DNA of 64,000 nt from Chitinophagaceae bacterium (GCA_020403425.1 JADBXR010000007.1:26287-90286), one strand, 5' to 3'. Shown: positions 28,318-38,299, counted from the stretch's first letter. Numbers and translations: made by a program. The notes: generated from the letters alone by a model not told the origin.

Positions 28318-29103
28318 TTATTTTGCTTTTAGTTGATTGACGAAATCAGCAAAAGCAACCGAAGGACTGGCCTGTTTCATGAAGTTCTCTCCTATCAGAA
28401 ATCCGGAAAAACCGGCCTGACGTAAAGTTACAATAGTATCCACATCACTGATACCACTTTCTGCTACGGCAGGTTTTTCTTTGGGTATCTTGTGAATAAG
28501 CCCCAGCGATGTGTCGATATTGACCTCGAAGGTCTTGAGATTCCGGTTGTTAACGCCAACCAGGTCTACCGCATCACAGACATGTCCCAGTTCCTCCTCA
28601 TTGTGTATTTCCAGCAATACTTCCAATCCCAGCCCTTTTGCCGTAGCTGCCATGGTTTTTACCTGTACCGGCGTTAAACAGGCGGCGATCAGCAGGATCA
28701 CTTCCGCCCCATAGGCTTTGGCCTCGATCAGCTGATACTCATCTATCATGAAATCCTTTCGCAGCAAAGGCACTTCATTGATGGTGGCAGCCAGCAGGTC
28801 ATCCAGTGAGCCGCCGAAGAACTCCTGATCTGTTAAGACAGAGATCCCCGAAGCGCCATATTTTGCATAGGCACCGGTCACCTCTTCCACCGTTACGCGG
28901 TCGTTAATGATGCCTTTACTGGGAGATTTCCTCTTGAACTCGGCAATGATGCCGGTACGGGCCGGATCTGCCAGGAAGGATTTCAGCGATAAGGTCTCAC
29001 TGGCGAAGAATTTTCCTTTCTCCAGTTCCGCTACTGAAACCCTGGCTTTCCGTTCTGCCACTTCCTTCTGTTTCTGTACTACTATCTTGTCTAATATGTT
29101 CAT
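28318..29103 (-). CDS. trpC: Indole-3-glycerol-phosphate synthase
   Basis: 'IIAEFKRKSPSKG', 'SVLTD', 'LRKDF', 'GVNNRNL', 'AESGI', 'LIGE'. Confidence 0.96.
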   Translation of the reverse strand: MNILDKIVVQKQKEVAERKARVSVAELEKGKFFASETLSLKSFLADPARTGIIAEFKRKSPSKGIINDRVTVEEVTGAYAKYGASGISVLTDQEFFGGSLDDLLAATINEVPLLRKDFMIDEYQLIEAKAYGAEVILLIAACLTPVQVKTMAATAKGLGLEVLLEIHNEEELGHVCDAVDLVGVNNRNLKTFEVNIDTSLGLIHKIPKEKPAVAESGISDVDTIVTLRQAGFSGFLIGENFMKQASPSVAFADFVNQLKAK

Positions 29104-29104
29104 G

Positions 29105-30097
29105 TTATTGCAGGCTGATTAGGGTTTGTAATGAACGGTATGCTTTACCGCTTTCCAGGCTCTCCACCGCAGCAAGATAAGCGGCATCATAACTGATATA
29201 ATTGCCGGTGCAATGCAGCGCCATAGCAGCATTGGCAAGTACTACGGCGTTCTGCGCCCAGCTGCCTTCACCCTTGATGATCCGGGTAAAGATCCTGGCA
29301 GCTTCTTCCACAGAATTACCACCATATATGTCTTCTGCGGCCACAATTCGTTTTCCCAATTGTTCGGGTGTCATGATCTTTTCTCCATCCTGGGTGATCA
29401 CTTTGGTATCTCCGGTAAGCGAGATCTCGTCATACCCATCCAGGCTATGGATGATGGTGAAAGCGTTGCTGGTCTGTTGCAGCAGGTAATTGTAGATACG
29501 GGCCATCTCCAGATTGTACACACCCACCAGCTGAAAATCGGGTTCTGCCGGATTGATCATAGGTCCGAGCATGTTGAAAAAGGTCCTCACTCCCAGGTTC
29601 TTGCGGATGGGTCCCACGATCTTCATGGCCGGGTGGAACATAGGCGCATGCAGGAAACAGATATTGGCCGTCTCCAGTTCTTTCAGCAGACGGTCATTGT
29701 CATTTTTGAATGTATAACCCAGCTGCTCCATCACATTGGAGGCACCGCTGATCGCCGTAGCGCCGTAGTTACCATGTTTGGACACCCGCTGGCCAGCTCC
29801 CGCCACAATGAAGCACGACAGGGTGGATATATTGAATGTGTTCTTACCGTCACCACCAGTGCCCACGATATCCATCACCGGGTAGCCTTTCAGATCCACT
29901 TTCACACACAGCTCCAGCAAAGCATCCCGGAAGCCCAGCAGTTCCTCGATGGTGATCGTACGCATCAGGAACACGGTGATGAACGCCGACATTTCTGCTT
30001 CGTTGTACTGCCCACGCGACATATTCACCAGCACTTCCTTTGCCTTTTCCCTTGACAACGTCTTGTATTCGAATAAATACTGTAATATCTTTTTCAT
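29105..30097 (-). CDS. trpD: Anthranilate phosphoribosyltransferase
   Basis: 'DIVGTGGDGKNTFNIST', 'SKHGN', 'RTFFNMLGP', 'GYDEIS'. Confidence 0.96.
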   Translation of the reverse strand: MKKILQYLFEYKTLSREKAKEVLVNMSRGQYNEAEMSAFITVFLMRTITIEELLGFRDALLELCVKVDLKGYPVMDIVGTGGDGKNTFNISTLSCFIVAGAGQRVSKHGNYGATAISGASNVMEQLGYTFKNDNDRLLKELETANICFLHAPMFHPAMKIVGPIRKNLGVRTFFNMLGPMINPAEPDFQLVGVYNLEMARIYNYLLQQTSNAFTIIHSLDGYDEISLTGDTKVITQDGEKIMTPEQLGKRIVAAEDIYGGNSVEEAARIFTRIIKGEGSWAQNAVVLANAAMALHCTGNYISYDAAYLAAVESLESGKAYRSLQTLISLQ

Positions 30098-30099
30098 TG

Positions 30100-30681
30100 C
30101 TATTTTTTTAACCAGTTACGCATCATGGTTTCGCCATCCGGCGTCAATACGCTTTCCGGATGGAACTGTACCCCCTCCACATCATATTTCCGATGCTGTA
30201 GGGCCATGATATAATTGTTATCGTCTTTTGCCGTGATCTCCAGTTCTTCCGGAAACCCTTTCTCATCAACCACCCAGCTGTGGTAACGCGCCACTTCGAT
30301 GGTAGCAGGCAGGTCTTTGAAGATGCCAGGTGAATCGGCCAATGCGGGAGACACCACATGGATCTTTGTGGCCACACCATGGTATACCGTAGACAAATTG
30401 GTGAGCGTTGCTCCGAATGCTTCACCAATGGCCTGGTGGCCCAGGCAAACACCCAATATGGATTTACTGGCCGCATATTCTTTGATCAGCGGCAGCAGCA
30501 TACCTGCTTCTGATGGGATGCCGGGGCCGGGAGAAAGGATGATCTTGTCATACCCCTTCACTTTTTCCATGGGCAGTTCATCATTTCGGTACACATCTAC
30601 CTGATCATGTGTGATCTTCTGTACCAGGTGAACCAGGTTGTACGTGAACGAATCGTAATTATCAAAGACTAATATTTTCAT
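30100..30681 (-). CDS. trpG: Anthranilate synthase component II
   Basis: 'FDNYDSFTYNL', 'SPGPG', 'LGVCLGHQ', 'RYHSW', 'QFHPES'; lies between trpE and trpD. Confidence 0.94.
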   Translation of the reverse strand: MKILVFDNYDSFTYNLVHLVQKITHDQVDVYRNDELPMEKVKGYDKIILSPGPGIPSEAGMLLPLIKEYAASKSILGVCLGHQAIGEAFGATLTNLSTVYHGVATKIHVVSPALADSPGIFKDLPATIEVARYHSWVVDEKGFPEELEITAKDDNNYIMALQHRKYDVEGVQFHPESVLTPDGETMMRNWLKK

Positions 30682-30717
30682 GGTATTATTTTCTATCTAC
30701 AGGTGTTCGATCGTAAA

Positions 30718-32133
30718 TCAGATCTGTTCCGCTATCTCTATGGCTTTTTTCAGTGCGTTCAGCTTGTTGTTCACTTCCTGCAATTCGCTTTCGGGAACAC
30801 TGGCCGCCACTACGCCGGCGCCGGCCTGGTAAAACAGCGTATTGTTCTTACTAAGGAATGTTCGGATCATGATAGCATGATTGCAGCGGCCATCAAAACC
30901 GATAAAGCCAAGTCCGCCGCCATAATAACTTCTGGCAGTCGGTTCATAATCGTCTATGATCTCCATGGCCTTGAACTTAGGCGCACCGCTCAGGGTTCCG
31001 GCAGGAAAGGTTTTGGCCAGCAGTTCAAACGGATTCTGATCCTTACGCACTTTACCGGTCACTTCGCTTACCAGGTGTATCACATGGCTGTAATACTGTA
31101 CCTGTCGGTACTGGCTCACTTCCACCTCATCGCAGGCGCGACTTAGATCGTTGCGGGCCAGGTCCACCAACATCACATGTTCTGCATTTTCCTTCGCATC
31201 GGTCAGCAGTTTTTCAGCCATCTGCTGGTCAACCGCATCATCTCCTGTCCTTTTGAAGGTTCCGGCGATCGGGTGTACAATGGCTTTCCCGTTTTTAATG
31301 ATCAGCTGGGCCTCTGGCGAAGAGCCCATCAGTTTATAATCACCATAATCGAAAAAGAAAAGATAAGGCGATGGGTTCACGCTGCGCAGTGAGCGATACA
31401 CATTGAATTCATCACCGGAAAAACTTTGTTGGAAGCGTCTGCTCAGAACGATCTGGAACACATCACCGCGCATACAGCGCTGTATTCCTTTCTGCACCAT
31501 TTCCAGGTAGGTCTCGTTGGTCATGTTAGACAGTTCTTCACCGCGAATCTTGAACGGGAACACCGGCGCATCCTTGCTCCTGATCAGTGATTCCACTATC
31601 GGCAGTTCAGACTCGATTCCGGGGATCAGGTTCTCGCAGATATACAGTTCATCCTTGAAATGATTGAAAGCGATCACATACTGGTACAAGCGGTAACGGA
31701 TCAATGGTATGGCAGGCTCAGTTGCGGCAGCAGTATGCAGGGTGATGGTGTCGAAGAACTGAACGGCATCAAAAGCGGTATAACCAAACAACCCCTGGGC
31801 GAATTTACCTTCTTTGGCCGCAGGCTCATGCGCATGAAAACGCTGCATAAAGGACCATAACTGACCTGGCACTTCTGCCGTATCCTTGATGGCCAAACGC
31901 TCCGGTTTCTGACCCGGCAGCTTGAATTCGATGCTTTTGGTCGATGATATCTCGATACCAGCGATCGCATTGATGCAGATAAATGAATAACTGTTCTCCG
32001 CAGCATGGTGATCGGTGCTTTCCAGCAATACCGTATCCCGAAACCGGTCACGCACCCGCAGGTAAATGCCCACCGGCGTAAACAGGTCGGCCAGCATTTT
32101 CTTGCACTGTGTCTGTAATTCTATTTTCTTCAT
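30718..32133 (-). CDS. trpE: Anthranilate synthase component I
   Basis: 'GDVFQIVLS', 'NPSPY', 'GSSPE', 'HPIAGT', 'AEHVMLVDLARND', 'FPAGTLSGAPK', 'QAGAGVV'. Confidence 0.95.
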   Translation of the reverse strand: MKKIELQTQCKKMLADLFTPVGIYLRVRDRFRDTVLLESTDHHAAENSYSFICINAIAGIEISSTKSIEFKLPGQKPERLAIKDTAEVPGQLWSFMQRFHAHEPAAKEGKFAQGLFGYTAFDAVQFFDTITLHTAAATEPAIPLIRYRLYQYVIAFNHFKDELYICENLIPGIESELPIVESLIRSKDAPVFPFKIRGEELSNMTNETYLEMVQKGIQRCMRGDVFQIVLSRRFQQSFSGDEFNVYRSLRSVNPSPYLFFFDYGDYKLMGSSPEAQLIIKNGKAIVHPIAGTFKRTGDDAVDQQMAEKLLTDAKENAEHVMLVDLARNDLSRACDEVEVSQYRQVQYYSHVIHLVSEVTGKVRKDQNPFELLAKTFPAGTLSGAPKFKAMEIIDDYEPTARSYYGGGLGFIGFDGRCNHAIMIRTFLSKNNTLFYQAGAGVVAASVPESELQEVNNKLNALKKAIEIAEQI

Positions 32134-32186
32134 ATCCCTTTTTTAAACCCGTCTGGTATCCTACGAAGGCTTCCAGACGGTAGTAA

Positions 32187-32216
32187 CAAAAAACCCCGAC
32201 AATCTCTGTCGGGGTT
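32187..32216 (-). terminator. trp attenuator terminator
   Basis: mRNA AACCCCGACA-GAGAU-UGUCGGGGUU followed by a U run, between the leader peptide and trpE. Confidence 0.88.
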
Positions 32217-32250
32217 CTGAATAATATTCAAAAAAGTACTGGCTATGCCA

Positions 32251-32310
32251 TTACAATCCCCGAACGGAGTTTGTATGCCACCACCAATATTTGTTTGTGA
32301 TCTGGTTCAT
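32251..32310 (-). CDS. trpL: trp operon leader peptide MNQITNKYWWWHTNSVRGL
   Basis: ATG 32310, three consecutive TGG codons, TAA at 32251-32253; lies upstream of the terminator and trpE. Confidence 0.92.
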   Translation of the reverse strand: MNQITNKYWWWHTNSVRGL

Positions 32311-32316
32311 TGCAAG

Positions 32317-32324
32317 CAAAGTTG
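32317..32324 (-). promoter_or_regulatory. -7 box variant CAACTTTG before trpL
   Basis: One mismatch to TAnnTTTG, 6 nt before the leader ATG. Confidence 0.5.
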
Positions 32325-32400
32325 TGGGAGAATCTTTGGAAAAACAAATTTTTTTTAAGGGGGCACGATCGTTCATTAACTTCACAGTAATAAGGACCAT

Positions 32401-33672
32401 ATGAGAATATCCGCGGCTTTACTGCTTTTCTGCCTGTTCCGGACATTCTGCGCCGATGCGCAGGACACCGCTTTATTACTGAAACCCGACAGGGTATTTG
32501 ACGGGGAGCTGATGCATAACAACTGGGTAGTGCTGGTAAAAAAAGACCGGATCATTGCCGTGGGGGATGCCAGTACCGTAAAACCGGAAGGTGTCTTTAC
32601 CTCCCTCAACCTGAAAGGTAAAACATTGTTGCCCGGTCTGATAGAAGGGCATTCGCACCTGTTGCTACATCCCTATAATGAAACCAAATGGGACGAGCAG
32701 GTGCTCAATGAATCCAGGGCCGAAAGAACGGCAAGAGCGGTGGTTCATGCCAATAAGACCTTACTGGCCGGTTTTACCACGGTACGCGACCTGGGCACTG
32801 AGGGTGCCGATTATGATGACGTTGGATTGAAATCGGCGATCGAGAAAGGCATCATTCCCGGACCGAGGATGATCATTGCCACCAAAGCCATCGTTGCTAC
32901 CGGCAGTTATGGTCCGAAAATGAAGAACCTCGACCACCAGCTCATCAGGGGCGCAGCCGAAGCGGATGGTGTGGATGCCCTGATCAAAGAGACCCGGGCA
33001 CAGATCGGGAACGGAGCCGACCTGATCAAGGTATATGCAGATTACCGTTGGGGGCTGGACCCCAAAAGATCAGAACCCACTTTTACACTGGATGAGTTGA
33101 AAACGGTGGTGGGAGTAGCTGGCAGCAGTGGCCGCAAGGTAGTGGCACATGCCAGTACAGAAGAAGGTATGCGCCGATCCATATTGGCCGGCATCTCCAC
33201 CATTGAACATGGAGACAATGCCACCGAAGCCATTTTTGACCTGATGCTGCAGCACAAAGTAGCTTATTGTGCCACCCTCAGCGCGGCAGAAGCCACCAGC
33301 GAATACGATGGATGGAAAAGAGGCAGCCTGCCCGAACCCAAACGCATCGCCACCAAACGAAAAGCTTTTCAAATGGCCCTGCAGAAAGGGGTAACCATCG
33401 TATTTGGTGGTGATGTTGGCGTTTATCCGCACGGCGATAATGCGCGAGAAATGGAAGCCATGGTAGCGTATGGCATGCAACCGATAAAAGTTTTACAAAG
33501 TGCCACATCGGTGAATGCAGATGTATTCGGATACGGTAGCAGTATTGGCCGGATCAAGCCAGGATTATTGGCCGACCTGGTGGCAGTGAATGGCGATCCA
33601 TCCGTACAGATATCCGATATCCGCAAAACAGCACTGGTGATGAAGAACGGGAAGATATACCTGAATCAATAA
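32401..33672 (+). CDS. Exported metal-dependent amidohydrolase (Xaa-Pro dipeptidase-like subgroup)
   Basis: Signal peptide; 'LPGLIEGHSH', 'GFTTVRDLG', 'VVAHA', 'IEHG', 'GGDVG', 'IKPGLLADLVAV'. Confidence 0.87.
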   Translation: MRISAALLLFCLFRTFCADAQDTALLLKPDRVFDGELMHNNWVVLVKKDRIIAVGDASTVKPEGVFTSLNLKGKTLLPGLIEGHSHLLLHPYNETKWDEQVLNESRAERTARAVVHANKTLLAGFTTVRDLGTEGADYDDVGLKSAIEKGIIPGPRMIIATKAIVATGSYGPKMKNLDHQLIRGAAEADGVDALIKETRAQIGNGADLIKVYADYRWGLDPKRSEPTFTLDELKTVVGVAGSSGRKVVAHASTEEGMRRSILAGISTIEHGDNATEAIFDLMLQHKVAYCATLSAAEATSEYDGWKRGSLPEPKRIATKRKAFQMALQKGVTIVFGGDVGVYPHGDNAREMEAMVAYGMQPIKVLQSATSVNADVFGYGSSIGRIKPGLLADLVAVNGDPSVQISDIRKTALVMKNGKIYLNQ

Positions 33673-33696
33673 TAACACAAGAGAAATACAACGAAC

Positions 33697-34131
33697 ATGA
33701 AAAAACTGATCGCCATTATCACAGTTTTCTTTGGCACTACCATCATGGCCTCCGCAAGTAACGCCGACGACATAGTTGGCATCTGGCTCAGCGCCAGCGG
33801 GGAGGGTAAGATTCAGATCTACAAGGAAGGAGACCGCTATTTCGGCAAACTCTATTGGATGAAAGAACCCAATGGACCCAAGGGCAACCCGAAATTGGAC
33901 AATAACAATCCAGACCCCGCCCTCAGAAACAAACCCTTGCTGGGTTTGGTGATCCTGAAAAATTTCAGGTATGATGATGGTGAATGGAGTGGAGGACTTA
34001 TCTACGATCCCAAGAACGGAAAGGAATACAAAAGTTATATCAAACTGAAAGATCCGCAAACACTCAGCTTACGGGGTTATATCGGCATTTCGCTCCTGGG
34101 CAGAACGGAACTTTGGAAAAGGGCGGGCTAA
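33697..34131 (+). CDS. DUF2147-family exported protein
   Basis: Signal peptide; 'IVGIW', 'NNPDPALRNKPLLG', 'GLIYDPKNGKEY', 'LRGYIGISLLGRTELW'. Confidence 0.87.
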   Translation: MKKLIAIITVFFGTTIMASASNADDIVGIWLSASGEGKIQIYKEGDRYFGKLYWMKEPNGPKGNPKLDNNNPDPALRNKPLLGLVILKNFRYDDGEWSGGLIYDPKNGKEYKSYIKLKDPQTLSLRGYIGISLLGRTELWKRAG

Positions 34132-34137
34132 CGGGAC

Positions 34138-34192
34138 GATGAGTGGTGAGTAGTGAATAGGAAAATATTCCACTCACTACTCACGATTCACC
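34138..34192. repeat. Inverted heptamer arrays between convergent DUF2147 gene and hisB
   Basis: gatgagt ggtgagt agtgaat ... actcact actcacg attcacc; 34146-34156 is the reverse complement of 34174-34184. Confidence 0.8.
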
Positions 34193-35376
34193 TACAACAC
34201 TCCCTTCGTTGAGGGCAGTTGATCCGATAGCGGATCACGTTTTACTGCCATGCGGATGGCTTTGGCAAAAGCTTTGAAAATGGCTTCGATCTTATGATGT
34301 TCATTGTCTCCCCTGCATTCGATATTCAGGTTACACCTGGCCGCGTCGCTGAATGATTTGAAGAAGTGGAAGAACATTTCCGTAGGCATCTCCCCTATCT
34401 TCTCCCTTTTGAATTCGGCATTCCATACGATCCAGTTACGTCCGCCGAAATCGATCAGCACTTTGGCTTCCGCCTCATCCATGGGCAAGGCAAACCCGTA
34501 CCGTTCCATCCCACGTTTGTCCGCCAGCGCTTTGGCAAATGCTTCTCCCAGTGCGATACCGGTATCTTCAATGGTATGGTGTTCATCAATATGCAGATCA
34601 CCCTGCGTGGTAATGGCCAGGTCCATCTTGCCATGACGGGCTATCTGGTCTAACATATGGTCGAAAAAACCCAGACCGGTACTGATCTTCGCCTTACCGC
34701 TACCATCCAGGTTCAGCTCCACCCGGATCTTTGTTTCGTTGGTATTGCGTTCATGCACCACTTTACGCAGGCCCAGTTTCAGGAAAGTATACACATCGGC
34801 CCAGCTGCCTGATTCAAACACGATGGTATCGCACAGGCGTGCTTCCTGCTCGTCCGTCAGCTGGTGCAGAGGAGAGTGCAGGTAAATGGCCTTACAACCC
34901 AGGTTCCTGGCCAGTTCAATATCGCTCCACCTGTCGCCGATCACAAAGGAATTGGCCAGATCGAATGTTGGATTATCCAGGATATGCTGCAGCAAAGCCG
35001 TTCCCGGTTTGCGGGTAGGTTTGTTCTCGCTGGCAAAAGTCCTGTCGATGATCATTTCATCGAATACGAACCCCTCGCCCTGTAAGGTACGCAGCATCAG
35101 GTCATGGTAGGGATGAAAATCCTTTTCCGGATAAGAATCCGTTCCCAGTCCGTCCTGATTGGTCACCATCACCTTATAATAATCCAGGTCGGCGGCTATA
35201 CGCGATAAAGCGGTGATCGCTCCCGGAATGAATGTGGTCTTCTCTATGCTGTCTACCTGGAAATCGGTGGGTGGTTCTTCCAATACCACTCCGTCCCTGT
35301 CTATGAAAAGGATCCTTTTCTTTACCTGTTCAGTGGAAGATGTATTGGGAACTGTATCCTGTTTGTTACTGCTCAT
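34192..35376 (-). CDS. hisB: Bifunctional histidinol-phosphatase / imidazoleglycerol-phosphate dehydratase
   Basis: HAD motif 'LFIDRDG', 'VTNQDGLG', 'RKPG', 'VIGDR'; IGPD motifs 'FFDHML', 'DEHHTIED', 'NEHHKIEAIFK'. Confidence 0.96.
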   Translation of the reverse strand: MSSNKQDTVPNTSSTEQVKKRILFIDRDGVVLEEPPTDFQVDSIEKTTFIPGAITALSRIAADLDYYKVMVTNQDGLGTDSYPEKDFHPYHDLMLRTLQGEGFVFDEMIIDRTFASENKPTRKPGTALLQHILDNPTFDLANSFVIGDRWSDIELARNLGCKAIYLHSPLHQLTDEQEARLCDTIVFESGSWADVYTFLKLGLRKVVHERNTNETKIRVELNLDGSGKAKISTGLGFFDHMLDQIARHGKMDLAITTQGDLHIDEHHTIEDTGIALGEAFAKALADKRGMERYGFALPMDEAEAKVLIDFGGRNWIVWNAEFKREKIGEMPTEMFFHFFKSFSDAARCNLNIECRGDNEHHKIEAIFKAFAKAIRMAVKRDPLSDQLPSTKGVL

Positions 35377-35387
35377 GATCGGGTTGC

Positions 35388-35846
35388 TTATTTTATTCTG
35401 GCACGTACCGCTTTCACTTCGGCCGGGGTCACCGCCCCCGCTTTATTACTCCAACTGTTGCGGATATAGGTAAGCACATCTGCGATCTGCTGGTCTGAAA
35501 GATCCGCGTGTGCGGCCATATTGTTACTGTAGTATTCTCCATCCAGTTCCACACGCTCGTCAAATCCTTTCAGCACAATTCGGATCAGGCGCGCCTTGTC
35601 CTTGCCCAACACACCGGAAGCGCCATCCAGCGGCGGGTTCAGGTGTGGTACGCCGCCACCGTCTACCTGGTGACAGGCAAGACAACGTTCCAGATAGATG
35701 GTCTTACCCCTATTCACAGCCGCAGCCAGCCCTGCCGGAGCGACCGCTACCGGCTTTTTGACCGGTAGCGGTTTTTTCGGTGCTGTCTGAAATGCCATCA
35801 ATACCAGGGCGAAAGCAGGCAGTATCCCTATTTTCTTCATCATCAT
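35388..35846 (-). CDS. Exported monoheme cytochrome c
   Basis: Signal peptide, CLACH heme motif, 'NPPL', distal Met in 'NNMAAH', 'IADVLTYIRNSWSN'. Confidence 0.9.
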   Translation of the reverse strand: MMMKKIGILPAFALVLMAFQTAPKKPLPVKKPVAVAPAGLAAAVNRGKTIYLERCLACHQVDGGGVPHLNPPLDGASGVLGKDKARLIRIVLKGFDERVELDGEYYSNNMAAHADLSDQQIADVLTYIRNSWSNKAGAVTPAEVKAVRARIK

Positions 35847-37150
35847 TATTTGCCTTTATAAATGATACGATAAATGGTTCCCTTGGAATCATCAGATACA
35901 TAAAGTGATCCGTCAGGACCTTGTGCCAATCCGGTAGGACGGTGTTGTGCACCGCGGGTTCCGGTAACTACTTCCACACCTGCAAAACCATTGGCAAATA
36001 TTTCCCACTTACCAGGTTTACCGTTTTCATCAAAAGGAACGAATGCTACATAATAACCTTCCTGTGGCAGGGGTGCACGATTCCAGGAACCATGGAATGC
36101 GATAAAAGCGCCATTCTTGTATTTGGCCGGGAACATATCACCTGTATAAAACAACAAGGCATTCGGAGCCATATGTGCAGGAAATGCCACTACCGGATCT
36201 ATGAATTCTTTGCCACCTTCCTTTTTACCATCGCCGCCATATTCAGGCGCCAGCATCTTTTTATTCTGGAAAGGATCGTAATAGGTATAAGGCCATCCGG
36301 CATTGTCACCTTTTTTCAATGCATACATGGTCTCTGCCGGCAGGTCCGCATTCTGCTGTTCGGTGAACAGGGAAGGGAAAATATTATGCAGGTCATCACG
36401 TCCATGCTGCATTACAAACAGTTGGTTCAACTGGTTATTCCAGTCAAGGCCCACCACATTACGCAGACCGGTTGCATATCTGATACCATCCCCATAGGTC
36501 TGGTTCAGTTTATCGGCCCTGAACTGCCAGATGCCACCTGCAGAATCCAGGATGGGGCAAGGCATGCGGCCAAGAGAACCTGGCTGCCTGTCGCGCTCCT
36601 GACAGGAATTGGAGTAAGCTCCGATATTTACATAGATGTTCCCGGCATTATCCAGCGTGATCGATTTGGATTCATGCTGACGACGGTTAATGAGGCCGGT
36701 GATGATCTTCTCAGGCTGCATGGGACTGATCACTTCTCCTTTCTCATTCAGTTTATAACGAAACACTTCCTCATCAGAAGAAGCATACAGGTATCCATTT
36801 TTGATGGCGATACCAGTACCACCGTAATTACCCATGCCGCTGATCTCTTCCGCTTTACCATCACCATTGCGATCGCGTAAGCGAAGGACGGCTTTTCCTT
36901 CTGCCACACGACCCATCAGCTTTACATAGATATCGCCCTGTGCGGTAACCGCAATATGACGGGCGCGGCCCAGGCCTTCGGCCACTTTCAGTGCACTGAA
37001 ACCGGCAGGCAGTTTCAACCCGGCATTATCCGCATCGGCTACCACCGAATTGGGTGCCGCAGATCTGAGTGAATCGGACGCGCAGGCAGTAAAACTGCTG
37101 AATGCTGCAACAACCAGCAAGAGTGAGAGTACAGAAATGGTCTTTTTCAT
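35846..37150 (-). CDS. Sorbosone/aldose dehydrogenase-family beta-propeller (PQQ-type), probable lipoprotein
   Basis: Signal ending 'FTAC'; 'LKLPAGFSA', 'YATGLRNVVG', 'GWPY', 'AHMAPNALLFY', 'AFHGSWNR', 'RPTGLAQGPDGSLYVSDD'. Confidence 0.87.
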   Translation of the reverse strand: MKKTISVLSLLLVVAAFSSFTACASDSLRSAAPNSVVADADNAGLKLPAGFSALKVAEGLGRARHIAVTAQGDIYVKLMGRVAEGKAVLRLRDRNGDGKAEEISGMGNYGGTGIAIKNGYLYASSDEEVFRYKLNEKGEVISPMQPEKIITGLINRRQHESKSITLDNAGNIYVNIGAYSNSCQERDRQPGSLGRMPCPILDSAGGIWQFRADKLNQTYGDGIRYATGLRNVVGLDWNNQLNQLFVMQHGRDDLHNIFPSLFTEQQNADLPAETMYALKKGDNAGWPYTYYDPFQNKKMLAPEYGGDGKKEGGKEFIDPVVAFPAHMAPNALLFYTGDMFPAKYKNGAFIAFHGSWNRAPLPQEGYYVAFVPFDENGKPGKWEIFANGFAGVEVVTGTRGAQHRPTGLAQGPDGSLYVSDDSKGTIYRIIYKGK

Positions 37151-37207
37151 ATGTGTTTTGATTAGGGGTTGAATTTACAACCTAATACAGACAAATCAGC
37201 GCTTTGT

Positions 37208-38263
37208 TTATCGCTCATACCAGTCTTGCATGGCATCTACCAGTAATGTGTTCTCTTTTTCAGTGCCTATCGTGATCCGAAGGCAGTCTTCACAGAGTTT
37301 CACATTGCTCCTGTCTCGAAGCACAATACCCTTTTCCAGTAAAAATTCATAGATCTTTCTCGCATCCTTTATTTTCACCAGCAGGAAATTGGCATCGGAT
37401 GGATACACTTTTTCAACCGTTGGCATGGAACGAAATACTTCCGCCAGTGCTTCCCGCATATCTACCAGCAAACGGATCATATCATTCACCTGACCTACTT
37501 CATCCAGTGCTTTTAATACCAGGTCCTGCGTGGCCTGGTTGATATTGTAAGGAGGTTTTACCTTATCCAGCAATTCGATAATGGATGATGAAGCAAAAGC
37601 CATGCCCAACCGGAGTCCCGCCAGGCCCCATGCTTTGCTCAGGGTCTGCAATACCACCAGATTGGGATAGTCTGCCAGTTCCTGTATGAAAGATTTCTGC
37701 TGTGCGAAGTTGATATATGCTTCATCCACCACCACGATACCATCAAAATTGTTCAGGACCGTTTCAATATCCGTCCTGTTAAGGGCATTACCGGTGGGAT
37801 TGTTGGGCGAGCAGAGCCAGATCAGTTTGGTATGGGCATCTACCAGGTTCTCCAGATGAACCAGGTCCAGCTGAAAATCTTCGAGCAGGGGTGCTTTCTT
37901 CACGGCCACATCATTGATATTGGCGCTGACTTCGTACATACCGTAGGTCGGCGGACAAATGATCACATTATCCTTGCCAGGTTCGCAGAAACACCGGAAC
38001 AACAGGTCAATACACTCATCGCTGCCATTGCCGAGGAAGATATGTTCCGGACCAATACCCTTGATGACACTTAATTTCTGCTTAATGGCACGCTGGTGCG
38101 GATCGGGATAACGGTTATACCATTTGGCAAGCGGGGAACCCAGACTGTTCTCATTGGCATCCAGAAACACTTTTGCCTCTCCGCTGAATTCATCGCGTGC
38201 AGAAGAATACGCTACCAGGTTTTTGATATTGGACCGAACCAGTTTATCGAGATCGAATGACAT
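37208..38263 (-). CDS. hisC: Histidinol-phosphate aminotransferase
   Basis: 'LDANEN', 'NRYPDP', 'GNGSDE', 'CSPNNPTGN', 'DEAY', 'TLSKAWGLAGLRLG'. Confidence 0.95.
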   Translation of the reverse strand: MSFDLDKLVRSNIKNLVAYSSARDEFSGEAKVFLDANENSLGSPLAKWYNRYPDPHQRAIKQKLSVIKGIGPEHIFLGNGSDECIDLLFRCFCEPGKDNVIICPPTYGMYEVSANINDVAVKKAPLLEDFQLDLVHLENLVDAHTKLIWLCSPNNPTGNALNRTDIETVLNNFDGIVVVDEAYINFAQQKSFIQELADYPNLVVLQTLSKAWGLAGLRLGMAFASSSIIELLDKVKPPYNINQATQDLVLKALDEVGQVNDMIRLLVDMREALAEVFRSMPTVEKVYPSDANFLLVKIKDARKIYEFLLEKGIVLRDRSNVKLCEDCLRITIGTEKENTLLVDAMQDWYER

Positions 38264-38299
38264 ATTACTTTCTTTATTCTTTGATTGATCGGTGATATT

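Noticed and set aside
32401-33672. Amidohydrolase as imidazolonepropionase (HutI) linked to the his cluster
   Set aside because: It has a signal peptide and Xaa-Pro dipeptidase-like motifs, and no hut genes are present.
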